From a virus, in the IMG/VR virus record IMGVR_UViG_3300032235_001020, positions 1 to 64,000 of that record: a stretch of DNA of 64,000 nt; one strand, written 5' to 3'. This document shows positions 38,634 to 48,192 of this stretch, one piece after another (position 1 is the first letter of the stretch; every line of letters begins with the position of its first letter). The notes below the pieces were generated by a model that was not told the origin of the DNA, searched no databases, and saw only the letters and a program-made list of their open reading frames with translations. The translations under genes were made by a program, and so were the position numbers.

Positions 38634-38894
38634 ATGCCGGTCTGGTTGTGGCGATCGATTATCGGCGTGGCGTCGACAACTGCCCTGCTGGTGATCATGC
38701 AGTGGGCGGCATGCACGTTCTATGTGATGCCGAAGATCTGGCCCTGGTATGCCAAGTACAAGGGCACAGCCATCGCTGAGAAGATCGAGATGCCACCGGT
38801 GGGATGTGATGACGCCAGCGGCCGCTCCGTAGCAGCGCTGATGGCACTTCTGACTACATTGATCTCATTGAGTCGCCAGGCCGACGACCGCTAA
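38634..38894 (+). CDS. Two-TM small membrane protein (holin-like)
   Basis: Two hydrophobic segments flanking a Cys-containing loop. Confidence 0.5.
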   Translation: MPVWLWRSIIGVASTTALLVIMQWAACTFYVMPKIWPWYAKYKGTAIAEKIEMPPVGCDDASGRSVAALMALLTTLISLSRQADDR

Positions 38895-38900
38895 AGACCG

Positions 38901-39278
38901 ATGGAAACAACAGACTCTGACCTGATGAGCCTTGATGAGCACGAGCCGGTCTTTCATATCGAAGACGATGGGCTTGGCATCAAGGGCTATGAGATTGATG
39001 GTCGGTTCATCGTGGACTTTGACTGGGAGCCCGGCAGCCAGTGGGAATTCCTGGACGACGAAGAAGCATTCCAGGACTACGTGGCTCGCTGGCTCGAGGT
39101 GATGACCGGTGAACCCATGAGCGCCGTTGAGGTCAAGGCGCTCCAGGTCGCACGTGAATCGGGTGCTGCTGAGCAAGCGATCTGTCCGATGCCATCAGGG
39201 CAGGATCTTGCTGGCAATGAAGATGGCAAGGATGCCGATGCCGGAGAGTGCGCCTGCGACTTCAAGCAGGTTCAGTAA
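38901..39278 (+). CDS. Acidic hypothetical protein
   Basis: DG.F.VDFDWEP.SQWEFL motif. Confidence 0.55.
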   Translation: METTDSDLMSLDEHEPVFHIEDDGLGIKGYEIDGRFIVDFDWEPGSQWEFLDDEEAFQDYVARWLEVMTGEPMSAVEVKALQVARESGAAEQAICPMPSGQDLAGNEDGKDADAGECACDFKQVQ

Positions 39279-39585
39279 CTGCGGATCCATCGGTAAGAGC
39301 GGGGAGATCCTCCTGGAGGCATAGGTCGTAGAAGCCTGCGACCTTGCGCATGGCCTCGACGTTCCTGCACTCGTTGAAGGCGAGTTGGGTGCCACCGCGC
39401 ATGATCTGCTCCTCCTGGAACCCAGCTGATGCGAGCACCCGCTCGAACAAGTGGAACCAGGCATGCACGGAGCAGTCACTCATTTCGGTGCTGATCGTTG
39501 TGGTGATCGCATTGGGATCATCCAGGCCATCACCGCCTGAAGTTTCGACGGTGATGGAGAGCTTGGTGAAGTGCTCGTTCGACAT
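39262..39585 (-). CDS. Hypothetical protein
   Basis: WF..F.RVL...GF motif. Confidence 0.6.
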   Translation of the reverse strand: MSNEHFTKLSITVETSGGDGLDDPNAITTTISTEMSDCSVHAWFHLFERVLASAGFQEEQIMRGGTQLAFNECRNVEAMRKVAGFYDLCLQEDLPALTDGSAVTEPA

Positions 39586-39589
39586 GAAG

Positions 39590-39775
39590 TCAGGGACTGA
39601 TCAAGTAAGCGCATGTGCTGCCCGACCTGCGAAAGGTCTCGGCATGTGGGGTTGGGCCAGCAACATGACGATCAGTCCAACGTACACAGCAAGTGCGCTG
39701 ACTGCAGGTGCTGTCGTGACAGCGGCACATGTCCAGCGGTAAACGGGTGCGAGGTTCAGTCGGGAGGGGGAGCAT
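39590..39775 (-). CDS. Small Cys-rich protein
   Basis: D.CRC...C..R..C.RW motif. Confidence 0.5.
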   Translation of the reverse strand: MLPLPTEPRTRLPLDMCRCHDSTCSQRTCCVRWTDRHVAGPTPHAETFRRSGSTCAYLISP

Positions 39776-39920
39776 AGTTAAAGACGTAGGGATTGTCTCC
39801 TGGATCCGGCAAGCCGCGGACGATGGCGCAGGCGCGGGTATAGAAGGGTGAGCTGGTCTTACCTGCCGCTTCCAATGCAGCCTTGACCTTCGCCCAGTTC
39901 TCGTGATTGGTGCTGTCGAT
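39756..39920 (-). CDS. Small cyanophage protein (probable ATC start)
   Basis: ENW.KVK.ALEAAGKT.S.FY.RA.AI..G.PDP; TAGCGT 28 nt upstream of the ATC. Confidence 0.55.
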   Translation of the reverse strand: MDSTNHENWAKVKAALEAAGKTSSPFYTRACAIVRGLPDPGDNPYVFNYAPPPD

Positions 39921-39989
39921 GAGCCTGAGAACGGCTCGCCATACGCTAGTGAAAAACAGATGTGACATTTGATGCACTGTTGGTGCAAT

Positions 39990-40015
39990 AAAAAAGCCGG
40001 CCTGGTGGGGCCGGC
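39990..40015 (-). terminator. Intrinsic terminator
   Basis: GCCGGCC-ccacca-GGCCGGC-TTTTTT. Confidence 0.85.
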
Positions 40016-40033
40016 GTGATGGGCGGATGTGAT

Positions 40034-40303
40034 CTAGCGCTGTTCCAGTGCAATCTGGATGGCGGCCTGGAAGTAGCCCGCGACCTTCATGCGGCGGAAC
40101 TCGGCGTGGCCCTCGTCGGATTGCTTGCGATCGAGCTGCTCGTGGTTGCGGCGGGACTCATTGAGGGCAGCGAGGGTCTCGACGTTGAGCATCTCGAGCT
40201 CCTTGGCTGAGAGCTGAGAGAGCTTGTCCAGCTCGATGTTCTTGCCAAGGATGAACGAGCGGAAGAAGGGCATGAAGGATGTATCGGTCATGGCAGTAGA
40301 CAT
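40034..40303 (-). CDS. Hypothetical helical protein
   Basis: ORF before the terminator. Confidence 0.6.
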   Translation of the reverse strand: MSTAMTDTSFMPFFRSFILGKNIELDKLSQLSAKELEMLNVETLAALNESRRNHEQLDRKQSDEGHAEFRRMKVAGYFQAAIQIALEQR

Positions 40304-40571
40304 GGTTTGGGAGCGGTGCGGAGGGAAAGAGAGTGGGTGGCGTCCGGGCTATTGGAGGAGTGCCCTGATCACGCCAGATGAGGTAAGCTGTTGGTCCAAT
40401 GATTTTCAGGAATCACTGGGCATTCCGTAGCTGGCCGGCTGCGGTGAGGTGGGCACCTCGTGAGGACCCGCCACCGGCCACCCCATTACGGCAGGATCTT
40501 GGACGCCAGCCATAACGTCAGGCAGCAGACCACGACGTAGGCGACGAGCAGCTCGAACATTAGGTGGACGG

Positions 40572-40787
40572 TCATTGGTCCTCCAGCTCGGCGGCGATGG
40601 CGAGGAGACGAAGGCGCGTCAGTTGTCGGGCTTCTACTGCGGCATCCACTCCGGTCAAATACTCGTGCGGCACCACCTGATCCGCAGCGGCGCGGAGGGC
40701 GGCGGCGACTCGCTTGGATCCAACCAACGGTTTTTCGCAGTAGTACGCATCCAGCACAGTTTGTGCGGCGGGGGAGAGGTCAGTCAT
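40572..40787 (-). CDS. Cyanophage hypothetical protein
   Basis: MTDLSPAAQ.VLDA, AAALRAAADQVVP, LAIAAELE. Confidence 0.65.
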   Translation of the reverse strand: MTDLSPAAQTVLDAYYCEKPLVGSKRVAAALRAAADQVVPHEYLTGVDAAVEARQLTRLRLLAIAAELEDQ

Positions 40788-41151
40788 CGGGCAGGGCCTC
40801 CAGGGCGCGGCGGATGGTGTGTTGGTCATCGGCAGTAGGAAGTTGATCTATGCGGTCCAATGCCTCAAGCGCTTGCTCCTTCAAGCTCGGCGCCTTGGGG
40901 CGGCGGGCGGCGCGGAGGTTCCCAATCCCTCCTGGGTACTCATCCCGACACCAACCAGCCAGCCACTCACAGCACGCCTCGAGCTCCTGGTCGGCGCCCC
41001 ATTGGGCGGCGCGGGTGGCCAAGTCATCTACGTCGAAGTGGATCTCGCCTGTTTTGGATGCATCGCACCACTGCTGCACCAGCTCCGGCGGCGGGGTGAT
41101 GCCGGAACTCCTAATTTGGCTTGGATTAGGAGTTGGTTGGGAGTTGGTCAT
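40780..41151 (-). CDS. Cyanophage hypothetical protein
   Basis: ITPPPELVQQW, WGADQELEACCEWL, RAARRPK.PSLKEQAL. Confidence 0.65.
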   Translation of the reverse strand: MTNSQPTPNPSQIRSSGITPPPELVQQWCDASKTGEIHFDVDDLATRAAQWGADQELEACCEWLAGWCRDEYPGGIGNLRAARRPKAPSLKEQALEALDRIDQLPTADDQHTIRRALEALPDD

Positions 41152-41411
41152 TCGGGTATGTCATTGATAATGGCGTGCTCACCGATGATGGCAAGTGCTG
41201 CCTTGTTGTAGGCGCGAGCTGCATCGATCTCACTGACATGGTTGCCGAGGTAGTAGCGCCGTCCCTTGTACGTCAGGTTGGCTCGATACAAGCCTTTGTT
41301 GCCCTTGCTGACGCCTCGGTACTTGCTGTAGGCAGTAGCAGGCCTGGGCCTCGATGCCTGAGACAGGTAGAAGTCCTTGTCAGACATCTTCCGAGTGAGA
41401 TAGCTAACCAT
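41148..41411 (-). CDS. AP2 DNA-binding domain protein
   Basis: SKYRGV, YLG...SE..AARAYN.AA..I.GE.A..N. Confidence 0.85.
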   Translation of the reverse strand: MVSYLTRKMSDKDFYLSQASRPRPATAYSKYRGVSKGNKGLYRANLTYKGRRYYLGNHVSEIDAARAYNKAALAIIGEHAIINDIPE

Positions 41412-41796
41412 TGGTGCTTACGGTTCTGCTGGTGCGTTATTGCGGTGACTGCTGGCAGCAGTGGATGCTTTGTCAGCGGGGCTGAGTGGCCTGGCCGTGG
41501 GTGGTGGCCCAGCGCGCCAGGGCGCCAAGGGCAATGCCAACTGCGAGTGCAAAGAAGGCGGAGCGTTTCATGACAGTTGGGTGAGGTAGATCGTGACGGC
41601 AAGGATGCCGAGTAGCCAGGTCAGTCCGAAGGTGACGATGGGAGGCATTGCGGGTACATGCGGAGGAGCTGTGCCTTGCGCTCGTCAATCAGGTGAGCGG
41701 ATGAGACGATCGAGCACGGTCCGCCTGGGATGCAGATGCGGTAGCAGTCGTGCCCGTGGGAGTCGATGTAGTACTCGACATCGAGGTCGTCAGGGG

Positions 41797-42162
41797 TCAT
41801 TGAGCTGGGGTGGCTTCAGGATCCGAGGCAGCGGATGGTCCGGTCATCTGCTCGTAGTGCGAACGCAGGACTTCTTGCCACTGCCAGGCTGACCACTGGC
41901 GACCCGTGCGGAGATTGAGGATGCGGCTGGGTGAGTAGGAACCCAGTAGCAAGCCACCGGCCTCATGGGGTAGGAGTGCCCCGAAGGCCAGGAGTTCACT
42001 GCGCTGAATCTTGAGGTCAGCGGGCAGTGCGCCGGCGGTCCGGGGTGTAGTGGAACTGGCGGCCGTGGTCGTAGATGAGTCTGTACTCAATGTCATTGTC
42101 TGCGCAGGTCTTAATGAGCTCACGGAGTTGGGCTCCGTTGTGGAGGGGGAAGTAGACGTCAT
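41797..42162 (-). CDS. Hypothetical protein
   Basis: Start/stop overlap with the upstream gene. Confidence 0.45.
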   Translation of the reverse strand: MTSTSPSTTEPNSVSSLRPAQTMTLSTDSSTTTAASSTTPRTAGALPADLKIQRSELLAFGALLPHEAGGLLLGSYSPSRILNLRTGRQWSAWQWQEVLRSHYEQMTGPSAASDPEATPAQ

Positions 42163-42944
42163 TGACCGGCAGGGACGGGTAGTGGACGAGCATGGGAGTG
42201 ACCGCTGCGGGAGTAACCGGAGAATTGACCCTGGGCTCGGCGCTGCTGGATGGCTTGCCCGGCTGCGGAGTGCTTGGGTTGGGTGCCATGAACAAGGTGT
42301 GCGAAATGAGTTGGTGTTGTTTGGTAGGCCAGGGCGTCAGTGAAGTCAATGGCCAGGCCCAGAGCGTATGCCTCTTCTTGCGTATTGACAACCCTCGCTG
42401 TCCGAGGAAACAGACCGTCTGCCAGGAGGAAGTCGTAGCGCCCGCCCCAGGAGGCGGTCATGGTCATGTTGCTGGGCAGGGGCAGTAGCGCACCGCGATC
42501 CAGCCAGAGCGGCAGGTTCTTGCTGTACAGGTAGAACTGGAGGTCGCTATGGCGTTGAGCGGTCTCGATCAGGGCATCACGCAGCTGGTCGTTGTAGCAA
42601 TCGCCGGAGGTGAACCAGCGGACGCGTTCGGTGTAGCTGCGGACCTGGGCGCGCAGGGACAGATCCAGTAGATCGGCCATGGCGCCAGCGTTGAGCCCGC
42701 GCAGCAGTGACCAGTTGTGGTGGCGCGACTTGCGGACGGAGGGCCGGGTCTCCTCGCTGGCGGCAGAGCAGCGAAACAGGGTGTGTTCGCCGTCGGTGAT
42801 CCTGCCTGTCGTGGGGTCGGCCTTGGACAGACAGAGCAGAGCGCCCGGGCAGGTGAAGCCAGCGGGCAGAGCGAACGTCATGGTGGTGTTGGGCAGCTTG
42901 GCGTTGCCGTGCCCGAACCGCAGCAGCTGATCTGACAGGGTCAT
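42159..42944 (-). CDS. GP88-family protein
   Basis: GNAKL, F.LPAG.TCPGA..C, VRW..SGD, FY.YSK. Confidence 0.75.
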   Translation of the reverse strand: MTLSDQLLRFGHGNAKLPNTTMTFALPAGFTCPGALLCLSKADPTTGRITDGEHTLFRCSAASEETRPSVRKSRHHNWSLLRGLNAGAMADLLDLSLRAQVRSYTERVRWFTSGDCYNDQLRDALIETAQRHSDLQFYLYSKNLPLWLDRGALLPLPSNMTMTASWGGRYDFLLADGLFPRTARVVNTQEEAYALGLAIDFTDALAYQTTPTHFAHLVHGTQPKHSAAGQAIQQRRAQGQFSGYSRSGHSHARPLPVPAGQ

Positions 42945-43268
42945 GCGCCCTCCTGGCGAAGGGCGGCAGCGCGCATATGCTGAAGTTGGGTCTCGGCTAC
43001 AGCCTGTGCTCGCTGAATACCGAGCTCCAGTTGGGTGATTGAGCTGAGCAGCGCGCGCTCATCGTTGGGTTCGATGGAGGTATTGGACTCGCGGTAATGA
43101 GCCAGGAGACCAAGGAGCTCGAAGTACAGGGTTTCGGCTTGCGGCGGGGAGAGCCGGAGATGAACGGCTGAGGGTCTGGGGAACATGCACAGGTGTTGAG
43201 GTGCATGCAAAAAGGCCGCCCCGCGAGATGCGAGACGGCCGGTGAGGTGTTGGATGTTTGGTGATGGC

Positions 43269-43445
43269 TTAGCCGCCTTGACCGTTCATGGCGCACTCGA
43301 GCAGGTAGGCGCAGAGGTTGGACAGCGATCGCCCTTCCTGGTCACTGCGGACCTGCAGGAGGGTGAACAGCGTCGGGTTGAGGGAGACCGTGACCCGTTT
43401 GCTGATGCTCGTGTTGCGGCGGCTGCGGGGTTGAGTGATGAACAT
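43269..43445 (-). CDS. Ribbon-helix-helix (RHH_5/CopG-like) DNA-binding protein (absent from ORF track)
   Basis: Manual translation MFITQPRSRRNTSISKRVTVSLNPTLFTLLQVRSDQEGRSLSNLCAYLLECAMNGQGG. Confidence 0.8.
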   Translation of the reverse strand: MFITQPRSRRNTSISKRVTVSLNPTLFTLLQVRSDQEGRSLSNLCAYLLECAMNGQGG

Positions 43446-43571
43446 GGTGGGTTGGGAGTGTGAGTTGAGAGGCGAGGGTGTCGTCGTGCCAGTGCTCCAG
43501 GCGGGTGGCTTCTATGTGGTGTGTCAGGACTAGCCGGCTGCCATCGGGAAGCAGGACCGTGATGACCTGCT

Positions 43572-43964
43572 CTACGGGGAGGTCGATGGTTGCCATTGCT
43601 GTCGCTCAGGTAGATGGGACCAGGACGTGCGCTTGCCGATGCGGTAGTACGTGCTCGAGGCAATGCCAAAGCGGCTCTTGATCTGCATGTAGGTCAGACC
43701 CTGGTCGTAGGCCTGACGGATGGCGTAGACATCCTTGTCCTGCAGAATCGCCAGCGGGTTGCTCTCGCCTTTAAGGGCGTAGTTGATGTTGCGCCGGGTA
43801 GCGCCTCGCTTGGGCCCTGGCTTGGGCTTGATGTAGCACTCCTTGGTGATGAACCGGGTGTCACAGTCGAAGCAGCGGATGTACCTGCGTTGATGGTCGG
43901 GGTAGATCTCCGTGCAGGTGACACGGGTCTGCTTGGAGTTGCAGGTGCGGCAGTGCATGGCCAT
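43572..43964 (-). CDS. NrdR-like zinc ribbon + HTH protein
   Basis: C..C...TRV, RR...C..C..RF.T.E; GE.NP.A.L...V..IR, FGI..ST. Confidence 0.7.
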   Translation of the reverse strand: MAMHCRTCNSKQTRVTCTEIYPDHQRRYIRCFDCDTRFITKECYIKPKPGPKRGATRRNINYALKGESNPLAILQDKDVYAIRQAYDQGLTYMQIKSRFGIASSTYYRIGKRTSWSHLPERQQWQPSTSP

Positions 43965-44398
43965 CGCTTGCTCAGGCCCTGGGACGATGGCGGGTCAGCG
44001 GATAGCCCAGGTCATTGAGCTTGGCGTACTCGCGCTGGGACAGCCACCGCACTACGAGGTGGGGCGGCAGGAGTGGCATAGACAGCCAGGGATGCCGCTT
44101 GCTGGTATCCACGATGCGACGAGAGATCGAAGCAAGGTGCTCGATGCGGTGCTTGGCCTGGAGCAGCGGAGTGAGATGAAGCACGAGAGGTATCTGGAGT
44201 GGGGTCAGATCGTCAGACCCTTAGGGGTAGCGGAGCTTGATGCCAGACGACGGCGTGTCAGTTTCTGACACTTTGTATGGGGAGTCGTTGAGTCAGGGGC
44301 CGGTAGCCAGCCCGTTGGCGTAGCTGCCTTGCGGTGATTGCACCGTGGGCCAGGGGGTGCCCGCGAGGATCAGCGTGCAGCCGATGAGGACTGCCATT

Positions 44399-44608
44399 TC
44401 AAGCAGCCTGCGCTTGCGCCCTGGAGAACGCCTCGGCGTTTTGATCGTGGATGAGCTGATCAGGCGGCAGCGTGCCATGCGCCCAGAGGAAACGGGTACG
44501 GAAACGCGGCGGCGGCGGATCACCCGGGGCGGCAATGGCGGCAAGCTTGGCGACATAGATGGAGTAGTCATGGATGTCTGCGTCAGTGATGAATTGGCGG
44601 TCGGTCAT
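44399..44608 (-). CDS. Hypothetical protein
   Basis: In-operon ORF. Confidence 0.45.
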   Translation of the reverse strand: MTDRQFITDADIHDYSIYVAKLAAIAAPGDPPPPRFRTRFLWAHGTLPPDQLIHDQNAEAFSRAQAQAA

Positions 44609-44612
44609 GGCG

Positions 44613-44807
44613 TCAGGTGTGGGAGCGACCGTTGGCTTCGATGAGTCCGTAAAGCCCGCACCAGGGCAGGGTTCCGGTGATGGCCCCGTCCATGAAGGGA
44701 TCAGGGCGGAAGTCTTCAAGGAGGACGTCGACGGGTGTGTTCTTCTCGGCGGCGCAATCGAGGAAGCGTCGCTGCTGGGCGGGAGAAAGCTGTTGGAGGG
44801 TGAGCAT
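44613..44807 (-). CDS. Hypothetical protein
   Basis: C-terminal GLIE.NG.SHT motif. Confidence 0.55.
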   Translation of the reverse strand: MLTLQQLSPAQQRRFLDCAAEKNTPVDVLLEDFRPDPFMDGAITGTLPWCGLYGLIEANGRSHT

Positions 44808-44859
44808 GAGATGCGAAAGAAGAGGAGATCGCCCCACGGGTGTGAGGCGTGGGTGGGGT

Positions 44860-45888
44860 TCAGGCGGCGACGAGTTCGCGTTGCTCGAGGAACTGGCCTT
44901 CGAGGAAAGCGAGGAAGCCGGTAGCGGTACGGGCTCGTGCGCCTTCGAGCTGGGAGCGGAAGGCGGTGGCGTCGTTGCGCACCTTCTCGTGGGAGGTGTA
45001 CTGGGTGACGGCCGAGGCCAGGCGCCAGGCATTGCCCGTGCGGGTATCGAGCTCACCACCGATTAGATCGCTGGTGTAGATCTGCTCGAGGCGCTGGGCG
45101 AGGCGACCTTGGCCTTCGGGGTCAGCGAAGTACGTGCGCAGGGCAGTGCGAGCGGTATCCATGGAGATCTCGGTCGCGATCATGCGCTCCTTCATGCGGT
45201 CGTAGGCCTTGCACTGCCGGACGGCATGGCCAAGGACGGCGTGGACGATGTCCTGGTTCATGGCCTGGGTGTGGCTGAGCCTGACCTCGCACTCGGTGAC
45301 CTTGCGGGCCAGGCCGTTGGTGCAGACCAGCTCATTGGCGATGACGGAGACGCGGGGGCGCAGTGCCTCGCCGAAAGACTCGCTCAGAACCAGCCAGTGG
45401 TCAGTGCGGTCTTCCTTGTTGATGTAGGCGGAGTGGCCGGGGCGGCTGATGAACAGCCCGCCATCGGCTTGGAGTAGTTCGCCGTTGTTGCCGCTGAGCT
45501 TGGCAGCCATGTAGAGGCTGCGGCCTTTGTTGTAGGCACCGACGACGTCGAGGGAGATGGCTTTGCCTGAGGCGTCGCAGAAGGCGCGGAAGTAGTCGAT
45601 GAAGGTGGAAGGCTGGATGGCCTGCCGCTTGGCACCAAAGAAGCCGAGGAGATCTTGGTTGTCGTCCCGGAGCCAGAGCTGGCAGTCGGGGTAGGGGCGT
45701 CCGGCGTGTACAGCGGGTGTACGTACAACATTGAAGTTGCAGCCGATCGAGGCGAGGATCTCGCTGTCGCTCATCCAGGGCTGGACTTCCGCGGCTGTGC
45801 CCCGGAACAGGGAGCGATCAGCAGGAGTGAGCTTGCTGGTTGAGGTGGTGGTGTCGGACTGGAGTGCTGTGGTGATGGTGGCGGTCAT
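44860..45888 (-). CDS. DUF932 domain protein
   Basis: VCTNG, ..SH, G.AW....AVTQY.SH. Confidence 0.8.
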   Translation of the reverse strand: MTATITTALQSDTTTSTSKLTPADRSLFRGTAAEVQPWMSDSEILASIGCNFNVVRTPAVHAGRPYPDCQLWLRDDNQDLLGFFGAKRQAIQPSTFIDYFRAFCDASGKAISLDVVGAYNKGRSLYMAAKLSGNNGELLQADGGLFISRPGHSAYINKEDRTDHWLVLSESFGEALRPRVSVIANELVCTNGLARKVTECEVRLSHTQAMNQDIVHAVLGHAVRQCKAYDRMKERMIATEISMDTARTALRTYFADPEGQGRLAQRLEQIYTSDLIGGELDTRTGNAWRLASAVTQYTSHEKVRNDATAFRSQLEGARARTATGFLAFLEGQFLEQRELVAA

Positions 45889-46478
45889 AGTTCAGAGGAA
45901 TCGTCTGGGTGATCGGTGATCTGGTCGAGGTAGGTGGTGACCGCAGTGCGCTCGACTTCCAGGGAGTCGAGGAGCTCGTCAGAGATGAGGAGGTGACTGC
46001 GGAAATCACGCATCAGGACACGCTTGGCTTTGAAGCGGTCCTCGATGAGCGCCTGCGCGCGTTGGCTGTAGTAGGGGTAGCCCACCTGGGTGAGCACGTC
46101 CTCGAGGTGCTTGACAGCGACCTTGAGGCCCAGGGTGTGGTCACGCATCACGCGTCCGAGCACCTGCTGATCAGCTGCGGGGAGCTGGTCATAGGGCTCG
46201 TCCTCGAGGGCCAGTGAGGTGAGGTGCTTCTCGAAGTGGCTTTCGACGTCGGTCAGCAGGTGCATGGCGGCAACCAGCATCTGGATGATGTTGGTGCCGT
46301 TGCTGGAGCGCTCGATCAGCTGGCAGATTGCAAACTGCAGATCGCAGGGCGCGCCGAGTTCGCCCCCGAAGTCCAGGGCTGGTACGACCTGACTGATGGG
46401 CAGCGGGTTGCGCCCACGCAGCAGGGTGTCGAGCATCTCAGGCGAGATGCTGTCCGGGATCTCGGGGGTTGCGGTCAC
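45885..46478 (-). CDS. Hypothetical protein
   Basis: Overlap-coupled ORF. Confidence 0.6.
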   Translation of the reverse strand: MTATPEIPDSISPEMLDTLLRGRNPLPISQVVPALDFGGELGAPCDLQFAICQLIERSSNGTNIIQMLVAAMHLLTDVESHFEKHLTSLALEDEPYDQLPAADQQVLGRVMRDHTLGLKVAVKHLEDVLTQVGYPYYSQRAQALIEDRFKAKRVLMRDFRSHLLISDELLDSLEVERTAVTTYLDQITDHPDDSSEL

Positions 46479-47092
46479 TGGAACTGGGGCTCGAGGTCAA
46501 GGGAGCGACGCAGGCGATCGACGGTGACCTCCAGGGTGTGGCGGTCAGGGTCAATGGCTTGTGACGAGACCCGCGCCGGTGCTTCGCCGCCCAGTTCGCC
46601 GTAGACGAAGAGGTCGATGAAGTTGGCAACGTGGCCGTAAGCGTTGGGCTTGGTGCCCCGCCGCGCACAGATTGTGCCTGCCATGGCTCGCATGTCAAGC
46701 ATTCTGTCAGCCGTGGCGAGCGATCCGAGCAGGGTGCGGACCGGCCAGGAGCTGCGGTCGGGTTTGCAGTTGAAGACCGGCAGCGACAGGACGAAGATGT
46801 GGTATGGGTGAGGGGAGCCGAGGGTGACGTCCAGGTAGAGCTTGCGGCGATCGCCTTGGCGCTCGAAGGCCTTGATGTCGTGGACGCCGAGGAAGTTCAG
46901 GCCGTCGTCGGGGCTGGAGAGAACGCGCTTGGGCGTGGCATGGGATTCGCCGTACTCATACAGCTGGCCGACTTGGTTGATACCAAGGCGGATGAACTTG
47001 GTATTGGGGGGTCGCTTGGTGATGGCAGCCGCGAGGGGATCGTCGATGTCTTCAAGGCAGAAGGGATCGTCGATGGGGGCGAGAGCGTTCAT
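46475..47092 (-). CDS. Hypothetical protein
   Basis: Preceded by the CAGCAGTGCAT motif 19 nt upstream. Confidence 0.65.
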   Translation of the reverse strand: MNALAPIDDPFCLEDIDDPLAAAITKRPPNTKFIRLGINQVGQLYEYGESHATPKRVLSSPDDGLNFLGVHDIKAFERQGDRRKLYLDVTLGSPHPYHIFVLSLPVFNCKPDRSSWPVRTLLGSLATADRMLDMRAMAGTICARRGTKPNAYGHVANFIDLFVYGELGGEAPARVSSQAIDPDRHTLEVTVDRLRRSLDLEPQFQ

Positions 47093-47111
47093 ACGAAGTC
47101 AGGTAACGACA

Positions 47112-47122
47112 ATGCACTGCTG
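47112..47122 (-). promoter_or_regulatory. Conserved CAGCAGTGCAT upstream motif
   Basis: Exact copy of the 11-mer also at 51000, 55769, 56173, 56425, 56709 and 56985. Confidence 0.7.
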
Positions 47123-47205
47123 AAAGAGTGCACGCAAAAAGCCCCCACCTGAGGCTCAGGCAGGGGCGGCTGAATAGACTGGGGCGAGGGTTAGATGACT
47201 GGATC

Positions 47206-47715
47206 GTGCAGCAGGAACAAGGGCTCCTGATGGAGATGCCACAGGTGCAGATGCAGTCCTGCGAGGGCGATGGCGTTGCCCAGCTGGTCCAGCAGTTGAT
47301 CGTGCTGGCTGCGTTGCTCAAGGAGCTGCAGACCCAGAGTCACTTGATCCATGTGAACTATGAAGGTGCGAACTTCCTGGAGGTGCATGCGTTCCTGAAG
47401 GAGCGCTATGAGGAGCACCTCGAGCAGTTCGACCAAGTGGCTGAGCAGGTACGGACGCTGGATCACTTCATGCCGATGTGTGCCTGCGGCCTGAAGGAGG
47501 CGATGCCGCCCTTCCAGAACGTCGAGAGCTACGAAGGGCGCTCGATGCTGATGGCCTATTACGTCAACATTGAAGGCATGGGCTACCTGGCCAAGGAGCT
47601 TGAGCAGGTAGCCGCAGAAGCAGGTGCGCCGGACGTGCAGAATTACATGGCCGAGCTGGTGGGCTCAGCCTTTAAGACGTCGTGGATGCTGAAGAGCATC
47701 CTGCGCGGCTGCTAG
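47206..47715 (+). CDS. dps: Dps/ferritin-like protein (start may be 47230)
   Basis: H.NY.G.NF...H.FL...YE, D.VAE..R.L, W.LKS; TAGACT 31 nt upstream. Confidence 0.88.
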   Translation: MQQEQGLLMEMPQVQMQSCEGDGVAQLVQQLIVLAALLKELQTQSHLIHVNYEGANFLEVHAFLKERYEEHLEQFDQVAEQVRTLDHFMPMCACGLKEAMPPFQNVESYEGRSMLMAYYVNIEGMGYLAKELEQVAAEAGAPDVQNYMAELVGSAFKTSWMLKSILRGC

Positions 47716-47957
47716 TCGAGTGCGAAGAAGTCGCAGGCCTTGCCATTGAGCGTGATGCCATCGCGCCAGGTCAGGCCGATGGATTGCCCGCTGGTGTGGT
47801 CAATGGTGTAGCGCAGGGCAGGATTGCAGGCATTGCCTGGATTGTCAGGGTGGCTTGGGCCCTTGCGCACGGTGTAGCTGCTGTTCTGCCAGTGGACAGT
47901 GCGGCCGGCGTCGACGGCAGTGGCGATCTCGTTGAGGGTCATGGGCGTGTGAATCAT
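47712..47957 (-). CDS. Hypothetical phage protein
   Basis: MTL.EI..AVDAG..VHW.N..Y.V, IGLTW.DG.TLNG...DFF. Confidence 0.65.
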   Translation of the reverse strand: MIHTPMTLNEIATAVDAGRTVHWQNSSYTVRKGPSHPDNPGNACNPALRYTIDHTSGQSIGLTWRDGITLNGKACDFFALD

Positions 47958-47958
47958 G

Positions 47959-48192
47959 TCAAGGAAGGATGATGGTTTCTTTGGCGCGCCAGCCTTTGCG
48001 ATCGACCCAGGCATTGAATGCTGCCTTGGCTTCCGGGGTCATGTAGCCGAAGACTCGATTGAGCACGTGCTTGAAGGCGTGCTCTTTGTCGGCGAGCTTC
48101 TCATGTTCTACTGCGGCCTGAGCGGCGCAGGCGATGTCCAGTAGGTCGTACATCGGAACGCTGGCTCGGGTGTTGGCCTGCTCGTTATTCAT
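47959..48192 (-). CDS. Hypothetical protein
   Basis: Coupled ORF. Confidence 0.55.
   Translation of the reverse strand: MNNEQANTRASVPMYDLLDIACAAQAAVEHEKLADKEHAFKHVLNRVFGYMTPEAKAAFNAWVDRKGWRAKETIILP

Noticed and set aside
40432-40480. HDV-like/theta ribozyme
   Set aside because: GGCCGG.../TCCTCAC resemble P1/L3, but I could not build P3, P1.1 and P2; kept only as an unassigned structured RNA
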